The translations under genes were made by a program, and so were the position numbers. From contig NC_086097.1 in the NCBI RefSeq assembly GCF_963921235.1, forward strand, positions 21,702,001-21,766,000: 64,000 nt of DNA, read 5' to 3'. The DNA is from Mobula hypostoma (lineage: Eukaryota). The stretch's first letter is position 1. Each line of letters starts with the position of its first letter. Below the pieces are notes generated by a model, which worked only from the letters and a program-made list of their open reading frames with translations, ran no database searches and was not told the DNA's origin. Below are positions 1 to 13,352 of the stretch, in pieces.

Positions 1-182
1 GGTAGATAAGGGTCAACCAGGTTGCTGATGGTTTGGTCACATAGGGCATTTTTCTCTGGAATAAAGGAGGATGAGACCATTGAGGAAGGTTCATAGAGGC
101 ATACAAGATGATAAGAGGCATAGATCGAATGGGTGACTAGAGATTTTTCCCAAGGCAAAAATAGCTAATACAAAAATGGTTA

Positions 183-1364
183 ATGACTTTCAGAAGACCT
201 TTGACAAGGTGCCACACATGAGGCTGCTTACCAAGTTAAGAGCCCATGGTATTACAGAAAAGTTACTAATGTGGTTAGAGCATTGGCTGGTTGGTAGGAG
301 GCAGTGAGTGGGAATAAAAGGATCCTTTTCTGGTTGGCTGCCAGTGACTACTGGTGTTCTGCAGGGGTCGGTGTTGGGACCACTTCTTTTTATGCTGTAT
401 ATAAATGTTTTAGATGATGGAATAGATGGTTTTGTTGCCAAGTTTACAGATGATACAAAGATTGGCAGAGGGGCAGGTAGTGTTGAGGAAACAGGTAGGA
501 TGCAGAACGACTTAGACAGATTAGAAGAATGAGAAAGAAAGTGACAAATTAAATACAATGTTGGAAATTGCATGGTTATGCACTTTGGTAGTAGAAATAA
601 ATGTGTGGACTATTTTCTAAACGGGGAGAAAATCCACAAATCTGAGATGCAAAGGGACTTGAGAGTCCTTGTGCAGAACATCCTGAAGGTTAACTTGTAG
701 GTTGAGTCGATGGTGAGGAAGGCAAATGCCAGGTTAGCATTCATTTCAAGAGGTCTGGAATACAAGAGGAAGGATGTGATGCTGAGGCTTTATAAGGCAC
801 TGGTGAGGCCCTACCTTGAGTATTGTGAACAGGTTTGGGCTCCTCATCTCAGAAAAGATGTCCTGGCATTGAAGCAGGTCCAGAGGAGGTTCACAAGGAT
901 GATTCCAGGAATAAAAGGGTTATCATACGAGGAACATTTGATGGCTCTGGGTCTGTATTCGCTGGAATTCAGATGGATGAGCGGGAGGGATCTCATTGAA
1001 ACCTTTCGAATGTTGAAAGGCCTAGACAGAGTAGATGTGGAAAGGATGTTTCCCATGGTGGGAGAGTCTAGGACAAGAGAATACAGCCTCAGGACAGAGG
1101 TGCACCCCTTCAAAACAGAGATGCGGAGAATTTCTTTAGCCAAAAGGTGGTGAATTTATTGCCACATGCTGCTGTGGAGGCCAAGTCATTGGGTGTATTT
1201 AAGGCAGAGATTGATAGGTTCTTGACTGGACATGGCATCAAAGTTTACAGGAAGAAGGCCAGGAACTGGGGTTGAGGAGGAGAAAAAAAAGGGATCAACC
1301 ATGATTGAATGACGGAGCAGACTCGATGGGCCAGATGGCCTAATTCTCCTATGTCTTATGGTCT
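183..1364 (+). mobile_element. 5'-truncated CR1-clade LINE (RT C-terminal half + 3'UTR), nested in another CR1 fragment (~46-180 and ~1365-1600)
   Basis: Translates to FQKTFDKVPH, GVLQGSVLGP, KFTDDTK and LYKALVRPYLEYC with stops; CR1-type 3' end CTAATTCTCCTATGTCTTATGGTCT. Confidence 0.9.
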
Positions 1365-1729
1365 AAAAGGGGCATAGTTGGAGGGAAGTATAGGGGGGTG
1401 TCACAGGTTTTTTTACACAGAAAGTAGTGGGTGGAAGGAATAGGTGATGGTAAAGGCAGGTACTGTACATTCGGGACATTTAAGAAACTCTTAGATAGGC
1501 ACAAGGAGGGCTATATGGATGGGATTTATCATAGAGCAGGTTAAAAGGTTGGAACAACACCATAGGCTGAAGGGCCTGTTTTATGTTTTGTGTTCACATA
1601 TAATGGCTGGTTCTCTTTCCTGAAAGACCCCTGGTAGAGTAAACTAAGAAATATAATCTCAACGCATGTGTTCCACACCCCCAGGGCTCCCCAAAGCAAA
1701 TTATAACTAGTTCAGTGCATCACCACTCT

Positions 1730-2220
1730 CCTGTATGTGCTGGCATTGGAGAGGATCCAGGATAATAATCCGAGAAATGATAGGGTTTACAATTGAGGAG
1801 CATTTGAAGGCTCTAGCCTCGACTAGCTGAATTTTAGAAGAATGAAGGGGGAACCTCATTGAAACCTATCAAGTATTGAAAGGACTTAGAAAGGATATTG
1901 AGAGGTCACTATCGCGGGAGAATCTTGGATCAGAGGGCACCGCCTCAGAATAGAAAGATGTCACTTTTGTACAGAGATGAGGAGGAATTTTTTTAGCCAG
2001 AAGGTGGCAAATCTGTGGAATTCATTGCCACAAATGTTTGGAGGTCAACCCATTGGATGTATTTAAAGTGGAAGTTGTTAGGTTCTTGATTAGTGAAGGT
2101 ATCAAAGATTAGAAGAAGAAGAAGGCAGGAGAATGGGGTTGAGAGGGATAATAAATCAGCCATGTTGGAATTGATGGGCTGATTAGCCTAATTCTGCTCC
2201 TGTATCTCATTGTCTATTGG
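1730..2220 (+). mobile_element. CR1 LINE 3' fragment
   Basis: Similar to 860-1360; same 3' terminal motif CCTAATTCTGCTCCT. Confidence 0.8.
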
Positions 2221-2264
2221 TCCCGTGAGGTAGTTAATATACACCTATATGGATTAGGTTTATA

Positions 2265-2600
2265 TACACTTGGAAAGACAGGGTCCATCCAAGGGTAATC
2301 AGCATAGCTTTGTGTGAGGGAAGTTTTGCCTCACTAATTTGATTGAGGGAACTAAGAAGATTGGTGAATGCAGAGTGGTAAATGTTACCTGGACTTTTGT
2401 AGAGTATTTGACAAGGTCCCACATGGTAGGCTAGTCCAACCAGTAAAGGGACATTGGATCCAAATTAAGTTGGATAATATTGGCTCGGTTCTGGAGATGG
2501 ATGCTAGTTGTGGAAGGATGCCTTTTGGTTTGGAATACCCATGGTGCTCTGGGACTTGTTGTTTGTGATATATATGAACACCTTTGATATCAATGTTGGA
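2265..2600 (+). mobile_element. Degraded CR1 RT fragment
   Basis: YLDFCRVFDKVPHGRL motif. Confidence 0.7.
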
Positions 2601-2789
2601 GGCATCAAATATCAATTTTATGCACCATATACAGTGGATCCGTTAATTGGGACACATTGCGACCAATGCACGGTGTAGTGTCTAACAGCAACACAAGTGC
2701 CCGCGACTGACACTAGTTAGAAACTGTTCAGCAACGGTCTCCTGTCCCAATTAAATGACAGGTATCCCAAATAAACAAAGGGAATTTTA

Positions 2790-3175
2790 GCTATGTCTCA
2801 ATTAGTTTTTCTCTCCAATGACAGCACATTCTTTTTGAGATATGTGATATGGGGCCCAAAACTGTTGACAATACTTCAAGTACGGCTTGACTAGTGTCTT
2901 ATAAAGGCTCAGCATTATCTCCTTGCTTTTATATTCTATTCCCCTTGAAATAAATGCCAACATTGCATTTGCTTTCTTTACCACAGACTCAACCTGTAAA
3001 TTAACCTTCTGGGAGCCTGGCACGAAGACTCCTAAGTCCCTTTACACCTCTGATGTTTGAATCTATTTCTTATTTGGACAATAATCAGCACTACTGTTCC
3101 TTTTACCAAAATGCATTATCGTACATTTCCCAACACTGTATTCCATCTGCCCCTTTTTTTGCCAATTCTTCCAAT
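2790..3175 (-). mobile_element. CR1 RT fragment
   Basis: VVKKANAMLAFISRGIEYKSKEIMLSLYKTLVKPYL. Confidence 0.85.
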
Positions 3176-3786
3176 TAGGAGTTATCAAAGTTTGGCACAA
3201 CATCCAGTGTCAAAGGGCCTCTCCTGTGCTGTTCTGCACTATGTTCTATGTTCTAACTGTCAATCTAAGTCCATCATTTCTGTCTGGGCCTTGAATATCT
3301 AGCAGCATCACATTTCCCACAGGCCCCACCAATCTATTGCATTGGATCAAACTGATCATAACCTGACCATTACTTTACAAAGTCCATTGTGGCCTCATGG
3401 TGTTCTGTCCAAAAGCATCCTTCATCCAACCCCAGACAATGTTGCTTGAAGAGTCACTCACCTTTATGAGTGCTTATGGAATTGTGCAGTGTAGAATGGA
3501 TGTTGTTTCTCCTGCCATCCTGAATCTGCACTTAAAGCTTCTACTATTCTTTTTGTCTTAATTTTGTTTTTGAAACTGTTGGAGCCTTACAGTCTGTAGT
3601 TTGATCGAGTGAGCTAGCGCTCTGCTGTCCCTGTGAGAACTCCAGGAGAGAAATGCAAGCACGAGCTACCACGAAGAGAAGCTCAGAAACAAGATGAGGG
3701 GCCTTGATTGACTACATTTCTCATTGATTAAAGCGTCGAGGAAGATTGAAACATCAAGGCAAATGTGGAGGAGTGCGAGTGGTACT

Positions 3787-3999
3787 CGGAGGGGCCGTTA
3801 GTTCCAAATGCTGCCATCAGAGAGGCCACTGGTTTGAGTTGCTGCAGTTGGAGGGGCCGCTGATTCAAGCCACTGCTGTCGGAGAGGCCACTAGTTCAAG
3901 ACGCTGCCGTCAGAGGGCTGCTGGTTCGAGACGTGCCATCGGAGAAGCCACTCATTTGAGTCGCTGGCGTTGGAGGGACCGCTGGTTCAAGTTACTGCC
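3787..3999 (+). repeat. Minisatellite, 7 copies of a ~31-bp unit (YRGAGRGGCCRCTGGTTCRAGNCGCTGCCRT) inside a probable non-autonomous retroelement (~3590-4345)
   Basis: Units read directly from the sequence. Confidence 0.85.
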
Positions 4000-4364
4000 C
4001 TTTGGGTCCCAATGCTCTTGGAGATGTTATCGAAATTCTGAGATTTAAGGTTTGGACTGTAGTTCAAACTAACTGTGGTTCATATTGGCCTCTTTCAGTT
4101 CTATGTCTTATCATGTTGTTGCCCATTCTTTCTTGTTGCGGACCGGTGGGTTGGGGTTTGGGTGATCTGTTAGTTTTTGTGCCAGGGACGGGTTGGGGGT
4201 GTTTGGGGTTTGTGAGTTTTTCTTTCTTTTTGTGCATGGGAGGGGATTGATGTCTTTCTTTCAACTGCTTATAGGGGTTTTCTGTATTTTATGGCTTTCT
4301 GGAGAAGACTAATTTCAGAGTTGCATTCTGCATACATGCTTTGATAATAAAATGAAATGAACCT

Positions 4365-4532
4365 ATCACCTGCTAGCTTGCACTCCTCCCCATCTTCTTG
4401 TTCTGGCTTCTGCCCCCTTCCTTTCCAATCCTGATGACGGGTCTCAGCCCAAAATGTCGACTGTTTAGACCCCTCCTTAAATGCTGTCTGACCTACTGAG
4501 TTCCTTCACTGTTGTGTGTGTGTGTGTGTGTT
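4365..4532 (+). mobile_element. Penelope-like element terminal (pLTR) fragment
   Basis: Matches the terminus of the Penelope copy at ~48500-48736 (CTGATGA..GGGTCTC..CCC..TGCTG..TGAGTTCC). Confidence 0.75.
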
Positions 4533-5279
4533 GTTCAGTGAATTGTATACTGTTTTCTCTGAATCTTATTTGGTATTGGCTAAGAGTATTGCCCGGCCTT
4601 AATGCTAAATCCTTGCCTTCAGTGATTTATGAGTTCCATTTAGTGGGAATCTCCATCCCATCTTTCTTTCCTGCCTCTTATGAATAAGAAATACAACACA
4701 GATTGTGCTCTACTGATGTGTTTAGTCCTTCTTACCCCTGTGGGATAGAACATAGTGTGTTAGAACAGCTAACGCTCCCTACCTACTGTCTCCCAACATA
4801 AGGATGAAAAGATTAGATTAACCTTTGACTAAAACGAAGATTGGTTTTGTAATGCATTCAATCCTGAAGCACTGATCTTTTTTTTAAATAACTTAAAACA
4901 CCATTCAATAATTGCAGTCTCTGCGTGGACAACTTTAAAGTGTTGCTCTAAAGAATAACATGCAGACAATACAAATCAGGGCTCCTTTGACATCTGCTGT
5001 CAGTGCACAGTACCCTTGACAAAACCATCCACTGCTCTGCAAGATCCATCAGCGATGTATTGCTCTGGAATGGGTAATTCTGTAGTTTGGGGACAGTGGC
5101 TGAAGGAGAGATGCTGATTGTTTACCAATGCTTCTGGGATGTTGCTGTGTACACATTGACCGCAGTGTTTGCTGCAACATTGACTTGTGCTCTCTGAACA
5201 GAGAAATGCCCATGAAGTGGATTGGGGCATCCTGAAGTCATGAAAGAGATTACAGAAACACAAGTTCTTTCATGCACTC

Positions 5280-5492
5280 GCACATAGTGTAGAGGTTAGC
5301 ACAACGTTTTACAGAACCAGTGATCCAAGTTCAATTCCCACTGCTGCCTGTAAGGAGTTTGTACGTTCTCCCCGTGACCGTGTGGGATTCAAAGACATAC
5401 TGGTTGGTAGGTTAATTGGTGTTTGTAAGTTGTTCTGTGATTAGGCTAGGGTTACTGGGTGGCATGGCTCGAAGGCCCAAATTGGCCTCTCA
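5280..5492 (+). mobile_element. tRNA-derived SINE (shark/ray HE1-like)
   Basis: A-box-like TAGTGTAGAGG, B-box-like GTTCAATTCCC, body GTAAGGAGTTTGTACGTTCTCCCCGTGACC; related copies at ~8505, 20910, 27795, 45535, 55255. Confidence 0.7.
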
Positions 5493-5494
5493 AT

Positions 5495-5567
5495 GAAAGA
5501 AAGAAAGAAAGGAAAGGAGGAAGGAAGAAAGGAAGGGAGGGAGGGAAGAAGAAAGGATGAAAGAAAG
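5495..5567 (+). repeat. (GAAA/GAAG/GGAG)n purine microsatellite
   Basis: Read directly. Confidence 0.9.
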
Positions 5568-5809
5568 ATTGATTTGACCCAGATTCAGGTTATAATTACT
5601 GACATGCCATGAAATTTGCTATGTTACTGAGGCAGAGAAAAGTATGGACAGAGTCCATAAAGGGAGGCTGCTTCTTGTGATGCGCTGAGCTGTGCCCAGA
5701 ACTTTCGGAGGTTTCTTGCGCTCATGCACTGAGCAATTGCTATACCCAGCTATTGTGCTTCCAGACAGAAAGTTTTCTACGTGCATCAATAAAAGTTGGT
5801 ACATTAAGA

Positions 5810-6640
5810 ACATTTAAAAAGCATTTGGACAGATAGGAAAAGCTGCAAGGGATATGGGACCAAACACGAGCAAATGGGAGTAGCTTAAATGGAATCTTGG
5901 TCAGCATGGACCAGTTGTGAGTCCTTGCTCAGGATTCCCTATAGGTTAATTTACGGGCTGAGTTGCTTGTGAGGGAGGCAAATGCAGTGTTAGCATTCAT
6001 TTCGAGAGGATGAGAATATAAGAGCAAGAATGTAATGTTAAGACTTTATAAAACATGGAAGAGGCCTCACTTGGAGTACTGTAAGCAGTTTTGGGCCACT
6101 TAAGGATGTGCTTACATTGGAGAGGGTTCAAAGGAGGCTCACAAAAATGATTCCAGGATTGAATGGCTTTTCCTATGAAGGGTGTTTGATGGCGCTGGAC
6201 CTGTATTCACCAGAAATCAGAAGAATGAGGGATGACCTCATTGAAACCTATCAAACATTGAAAGGCCTTGATAGAGTGGATCTGGAGAGGATGCTTCCTA
6301 TGGTGGAAGAACTTAAGACCAGAGGACACAGCCTCTGAATAGAGGGACGCCATTAAGAACAGAGATGAGGAGGTTAACCAGAGAGTGGTGGATCTGTGGA
6401 ATTCATTGCCACAGGTGCCTTGGAAGCCAAGTCATTGGGTATACTTAAAGCAAAAGGTAATATGTTCTTGATTGGTCAGGGTATGAAGGGATACGGGGAA
6501 AGGGAAGGAGACTGGGGCTGAGAGGGAAATGGGTCAACCATGATGAAATGATGGAGCAGACTCGATGGGCTAATTCTGCTCCTTTATCCTATAGTCCTAT
6601 GGCTGAGGGGCCTGTTTCTGTGCTATATCGCTGTAGGACT
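5810..6640 (+). mobile_element. CR1 3' fragments (nested)
   Basis: LERVQRRLTKMIPGL..DLIETYQTLKGLDRVD; CR1 3' tail. Confidence 0.85.
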
Positions 6641-7609
6641 GGTTGGGTTTTGAAAAAACTTGAAAAGTTTACTGGTTTAATGATTTGGAGGGCGAGATGG
6701 AGAGATACAGCACAGTAACAGTCCCTTGTGGCCCCATAAGCCCATGCACCCACTTCTACTTGTGTAAATTAACCTATTTGCCCCATTCATCTTTGGAATG
6801 TGAGAGGAAACTGGAGCACCTGGAGGAAACCCATGCGGTCATGGGGAGAACTTATAAACTCCTTACAGAAAGCAGTTCCCTCCCACATCCTAAAGGCATG
6901 TGGGTTGGTAAGTTAATCGGCCACTGTAAATTGTTGGTCTGCAGGTTGGTGATAGAATCTTCAGGAGCTGGTGACAGTTAATGGAGAAAAAAAATGGGAT
7001 TTACTGTATGTGAGACTAATGTAAATGTCTGTTTGATGGTTGCTGTGGACTCGTTGGGTCAAATATCCTGTTTCCGTGCTGTTGTACTATTTCCTTATGA
7101 TATAGGGGGAGGCCATTCTTCCCACTGAGGCTATGCTGCTCTCAGAGACACAACATTAGCCCTGTTCCTCCACTCATTTCTTTGTAACCTAAAGATTAGC
7201 TTTATTTGTCACATGTACATTGAAACATTGAAACATTTTGCGTCAATGACATACACAATCCGAGGATTGTGCTGGGGGGCAGCCCTCCAGTGTCACCACG
7301 CTTCTGGTGCCAACATAACATGTACACAACTCACTAACCCTAATCCTAACCGTACGTCTTCGGAATGTGGGAGGAAACCGGAACACCCAGCGGAAATGCA
7401 CATTTACAGACAGCGGCGGGTGTCAACTCCCGATGGGTAATCACTGCTGCTGTAATAGTGTCGTACTAACCGCCACGCTACAACGTAATCTCACTCCTTC
7501 CCCCGTTCGCTCTCCTCCTAACCTCCCTCTACAGCAGGGGCATTTTCAGCAATCGATTCACCGGATTGGGAGGGGAGAGAACATGCAGTCGCAAAGGGAA
7601 CGTACAAAC

Positions 7610-8175
7610 TGGTATGGAAGCACCAATGCCTTTGAACAGAAAATCTGACAAAATGTAATAGGTACAGCCTAGTCTATCGTGGGTAAGGCCCTCCCCATCA
7701 CTGAACACATCTAGACGAAATGCCGTCGCAGGGAAGCAGCATCCATTATCAAGGACCCCCACCACCCAGGACATGTTTTTTTTTCTCACTGCTGCCATTA
7801 GGAAAAAGAGACAGGAGCCTCAGGACTCATACCACCTGGAACATTTATTACCCCTCAACTATCAGGCATCTTGGACCAGAGGGGATAGCTTCACTTGTCA
7901 CATCACTGAACTGTTCCCACAACCATTGGACTCACTTTCAAGGACTCTTCATCTCCTGTTCTTTACATTTATTGCTTATTTATTATTATTTTCTTTTTTT
8001 AGTATTTGCACAGTCTTTTCTACACTGGTTGAATGATCAAGTTGGTGCAGTCTTTCTTTGATTCTGTTATCATTGTTATTCTATAGATTTATTGAGTATG
8101 CCCACAAGAAAATGAACCTCTGGGTCATATATGGTGTCCTTGATAATGAATTGACTTTGACCTTTGAACTTTACT
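7610..8175 (+). mobile_element. Rex1/Babar-like LINE 3' fragment
   Basis: Homologous to 46350-46945 and 29310-29880; ends in (ACTTTG)n-like tail. Confidence 0.65.
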
Positions 8176-9129
8176 TTCAACCTACAGTGTCAAAGATAAG
8201 AATCAAGCCCGGGTCGCTGGAGGTGTGAGGCAGCAGCACTACCTGCTGTACCTCTTCTCTGCTCCAAACAGAAGTTGCAAGATGCTGTGTGTGGTGCCAC
8301 TGCTGTGTAGCTTGTGTCTAGGGCTCACCACGTCAAGCAATGCCATTTCTGTTGTATATTCTTCCACAGATTAATCATTTTCCTCTCTGTGCTAAACTGC
8401 ACAAAACAGAATGCTATAAATAGGCTAAGCAATCGCACGGACAATTCCTCAGATTAAGGCTCTGTAGTTGTAACAAATCAGGGCACAACAGGGCACTTTA
8501 GAACAGCATAGTGTGCAGCCGTTAGCGTAATGCTATTATAGTGCCCTTGACTCAGGTTCAGTTCCTGCTGCTGTCTGTATGTCCTCCCTGTGACCGCATG
8601 GGTTTCCTTCTGTTGGTCCAGCTTCCTCCTACACTCCAAAAATGTATGGTTAAGCGGGGTTAATAGGTCACAAGACTGTACTTGGGTGGCACAGGCTCAT
8701 TGTGTATCTTTACATTAAATTAAATCTTTAAGTTAAATAAACACCGAGTCATGAACAATGGTGGACATTTAAAGAGTTTGCAAGAACATCATCATCCTCA
8801 GCAATAGTGAGACTCTGCCTATGCACGCTGAATACAAGGCAGAAGCACTAGTTACCTTGTTCAGCCGTGAGTTCTGAGTGAATAATCCATTTGCCTTCTT
8901 CCTGAGCTCTCACCATCACAGCCGAATTGATTCATTACATGTGACATGAAGAAATGGCTGAAAGCACTGGAAATGCAATGGGATCAGACAGCTTTCCAGG
9001 TGTAGTACTGAAGACCAGCACTTCAGAATTAGTGTTCTCTCAAGCCAAGATGTTCCAGTGCAGTTTACAAAACCAGATTCTGCTCTACAATGTGAACAGC
9101 TGCAGGGGCTTCGCAGACTCTCGCCTCTG

Positions 9130-9535
9130 AAGGCCTATTTGATCATGTGCCTTTTCCCCATAACCCTTAATTCCCCTGCTATGCAAAAATCTATCCAATC
9201 TTATGTTAATTATATCTACTGAGGTAACTCCCACTGCTTCAATGCCAGAGAATTCCACAGATTCACCATTCTCTGGGAAAAGCAGTTCTTCCTCATCTCG
9301 GTCCTAAATCTACTTCCCCGAATCTTGAGTCTATGTCCGCTAGCTCTACTCTCACCTACCGGTAGAAACAACTTTCCTGCCTCTATCTTATCTATCCCTT
9401 TCATAATTGTATATGTTTCCATAAGGTTTCGTCTCATTTTTCTGAATTCCAGCCAGTACAGTCCCAGGCGACTCAATCTCTCCTCGTACTCTAACTCTCT
9501 CGTCTCTGGAATCAACCTGGTGAACCTCCTCTGCA
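9130..9535 (-). mobile_element. CR1 3' fragment
   Basis: YEERLSRLGLYWLEFRKMRRNLMETYTIMKGIDK. Confidence 0.85.
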
Positions 9536-10550
9536 GAAGATTTTTCCCTCAGAATCTAAAACCTGTGGTTTCAGAATCAGCGATGTCCCATTTAAGATAA
9601 GAAGTTCCTTCTCTTAGAAGGCCATTAAGCTTTGGTAATTCCACCAAAGAGAGTTGTGGGGCATAAATTATTCAAAGCAAAATAGAAATTTAGAGTGTTG
9701 GGAAATCAAGGGTTGGGGGAAAGGGGGTATGTGAATTAAAGGAGGATGAGGTCACCGCAGATGTTACTGAATTTTAGAACAGGCTTGAGTGTCTATGTGA
9801 TCTATCTTGCTCCTCTTTCTCATGTAAAATTCAACTGGACCAGGCACACTAATACTGTGTTTATAAGAGCAGCTCAGAAGTTGGGTGTTCCACCATGGCT
9901 GACTTGCTTCCTGCTATACAAACCATTCCATATTCAGGAGTCAGGAGTGTGATGGATAACAATCCACAGCTCTGATAACGCTGCTCTACCCTGCTCAACA
10001 CTATCCAGGGTAAAGCAGCTTGCAGCTTGCTTGATTGACGTCGAACCCACCACCCGATACATTCATTCACTTTATCACCGACACACTCTAATCACAGTGC
10101 GTAACATCTACAAAATGCACTGTAGTTACCTGCCTGGGCTACTCTGATAGGACCAGTATCACCCTTCACAGATTCCCTGCAACACCCTGATTTGGAAACA
10201 TATTGCAGCTCCTTCATTGTTGATGGGTCTAAATCCTGGAACTCTGTTCCAAAAGCACTGTGTTGGAAGAGAGAGTCCAGAAAGCCTGAGGCAGTTCACA
10301 AATGTCATTCACAACCACCATCTCAAGGGCAATTACCTATTGAACTTTTCTCACCAACATCCCATAAGTTGCTGTTTCTTTTTGCGCCTCATGGCACATC
10401 ACGTGGCATTTTTGGTGTTTCCATAGCATTTGAGTATTTTTTATGAGGTTGAGTTGCTAGCTTGATGTTCAAACCAGTAAGATGCAAGGAGTCGGTCAGA
10501 TTTGAAGTGGGGACTGTTTGCCTTGAAGACTGGTGCTAATGCCACTACAT

Positions 10551-10869
10551 CAGTGATCCCCAACCTCCAGGCCGCGGACCTATACATTGCCGCGAAGAAC
10601 ACAGCGGTGCAACGGTAGTCAGAACGCACCCAGCATATCTTTAAGAAAAAAGCCAAAATAAACAAGCTAATTAATTAGGTGCCGCATGGCACATAAATGT
10701 TGGCCCAGATCAGAGGCGATTGCCGATTGCTGGGCGGTACCTAATTAATTAGCTTTTTTATTTCCACTTTTTTTCTTAAAGATGTACTGAGTGCGTTCTG
10801 ACGACCGCTGCACTGCTGCATTCTTCGTGGCAATGTATTGGTCTGTGGCCCGGAGGTTGGGGACCAGTG
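10551..10869. mobile_element. hAT-family MITE (fold-back, ~135-bp inverted arms)
   Basis: TIRs CAGTGATCCCCAACCT / AGGTTGGGGACCAGTG; perfect 8-bp TSD CACTACAT at 10543-10550 and 10870-10877. Confidence 0.9.
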
Positions 10870-11115
10870 CACTACATCATAGGCTGGCAACATACCATAA
10901 ATAAATAATAAAAAAAAAGATTATTTCCATCTGCAGATGTACTGTAAACATTTATTTTTAATGGTTATAACAACGGTTTGCATTTATAGAGCCATAGAAT
11001 ACTAAGGCACAGAAATAGGCCATTTGGCTCATCTAGTCCAAGCTGAAATATTATTCAGCCGAGTTCCATCAACCTGCACCCGGACTATAGTCCTCCATAC
11101 CTTCCCATCCATGTA

Positions 11116-12469
11116 ACATAGAAACATAGAAAACCTACAGCACAATACAGGCCTTTCAGCCCACAAAGCTTTGCCGAACATGTCCTTACTTTAGAAATTA
11201 CCTAGGGTTACCCATAGCCCTCTATTTTTCTAAGCTCCATGTACCTATCCAGGAGTCTCTTAAAAGACCCTATCGTTTCCACCTCCACCGCCGCCGGCAG
11301 CCCATTCCATGAACTCACCATTCTGTGTAAAAAAACTTACCCCTGACTTCTCCTCTGTACCTACTTACAAGCACCTTAAAACTATGCCCTCTCTTGCTAG
11401 CCATTTCAGCCCTGGGGAAAAGCCTCTGACTATCCACACGATCAATGCCTCTCATTATCTTGTACACCTCTATCAGGTCACCTCTCATCCTCCGTCACTC
11501 CAAGGAGAAAAGGCTGAGTTCACTCAACCTATTCTCATAAGGCATGCTCCCCAATCCAGGCAACATCCTTGTTAATCACCTCTACACCCTTTCTATGGTT
11601 CCCATGTCCTTCCTATAGTGAGGCGACCAGAATTGAGCACAGTACTCCAAGTGGGGTCTGACCAGGGTCCTACATAGCTGCAACATTACCTCTTGGCTCT
11701 TAAACTCAGTCCCATGATTGATGAAGGGCAATGCACCATATGCCTTCTTAATCACAGAGTCAACCTGTGTAGAAGCTTTGAGTGTCCTATGGACTTGGAC
11801 CCCAAGATCCCTCTGACCTTCCACACGGCCAAGAGTCTTACCATTAATGCTATATTCTGCCATCATAGTTGACCTATCAAAATGAACTACTTCACACTTA
11901 TCTGGGTTGAACTCCATTTGCCACTTCTCAGCACAGTTTTCCATCCTATCAATGTCCCGCTGTAACCTCTGACAGCCCCCCACACTGACAACAACATCCC
12001 CAACCTTTGTGTCATCAGCAAATTTACTAACCCATCCCTCCACTTCTTCATCCTGGTCATTTATAAAAATCACAAAGAGTAGGGGTTCCAGAAGAGATCC
12101 CTGTGGCACACCACCGGTCACAAACCTCCATGCAGAATATGACCCGTCTACAACTACTCTTTGCCTTCTGTGGGCAGCTGGTTCTGGATCCACAAAGCAA
12201 TGTCTCCTTGGATCCCATGCCTCCTTACTTTCACAATAAGCCTTGCATGGGGTACCTTATCAAATGCCTTGCGGAAATCCATATACACTACATCTACGTC
12301 TCTACCTTCATCAATGTGTTTAGTCACATCCTCAAAAAATTCAGTCAGGCTTGTCAGGTACGCCCTGCCTTTGACAAAGCCATACGGACTATTCCTAATC
12401 ATATTATGCCTCTCCAGATGTTCATAAATCCTGCCTCTCAGGATCTTCTCCATCAACTTAACCAAACTG
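11116..12469 (-). mobile_element. Younger 5'-truncated CR1 LINE inserted in an older CR1 3' fragment (~10990-12690)
   Basis: YMDFRKAFDKVPH, GVPQGS, KFADDTK, RPHLEYC; tandem AACATAG tail; 9-bp duplication ATCCATGTA at 11107-11115 and 12470-12478. Confidence 0.9.
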
Positions 12470-12694
12470 ATCCATGTACCTATCCAAACCTCTCTTAGAT
12501 GTTTGAATTGAACCCATGTCCTCCACTCGTACTGACAGCTCGTTCCACACTCTCACCACCTCTGAGTGAAGAAGTTTTTTCTCATGTTCCCCTTAATTAT
12601 TTCATCTTTAACTCTTAGCCCATGACCTTTAGTTGTAGTCTCACCCAACCTCAGTGGAAAAAGGTTGCTTGCATTTATCCTATCTAGACCCCTC

Positions 12695-13352
12695 TTTTTT
12701 TTTTGATTATAAGGACGCACAGTCCTCTTTTGTTGTCATTTAGTAATGCATGCATTAATAAATGATACAATTTGTTCCTCCAGAATGATATCACAAAAAC
12801 ACAAGACAAACCAAGACTAAAAAAAACTGACAAAAACCACATAATTATAACATATAGTTACAACAGTGCAAGCAATACTGTAATTTGATAGAAGGACAGA
12901 CCATGGGCACAGTAAAAAAAGTCTCAAAGTCTCTCGAAAGTCCCAACATCTCACACAGACGGTTGAAGGAATGAGCTTCCAGTGCCGCAAACTTGCCGAT
13001 GCAGCATCCTGGAAGCACCCGACCACAGTCCGACTCCAAGTCCGTCCGAAAACTTTGAGCCTCTGACCAGCTCTCCGACAACAAGCACCGAGCACCATCT
13101 CTGCCGAGCGCTTCGACCCCGGCCCTGGCAACAGGCAACAGGCAAAGCTGAGGATTTGGGGGCTTCCCCTCTGGAGATTTTTGATCGCACAGTAGCAGCG
13201 GCAGCGAAGTGGGCATTTCAGAAGTTTCTCCAGATGTTCCTCCGTGCTTCTCACGGCTGTCTCCATCAAATCAGGATTGTGCACGGCATCCTACTTCACA
13301 AATACAATATCAATTCGAAGCAGCCGCGCGCGCTGCATCGCGCCGCCATTTT
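12695..13352 (-). mobile_element. Non-autonomous poly(A)-tailed retroelement with CpG-rich, YY1-motif 5' end
   Basis: Minus strand begins AAAATGGCGGCG and ends ...TAATCAAAAAAAAAA; interrupts a CR1 fragment; no RT or EN coding. Confidence 0.65.

Noticed and set aside
3787..3999. CRISPR-like array
   Set aside because: Contiguous degenerate units without unique spacers; eukaryotic context and no cas genes.
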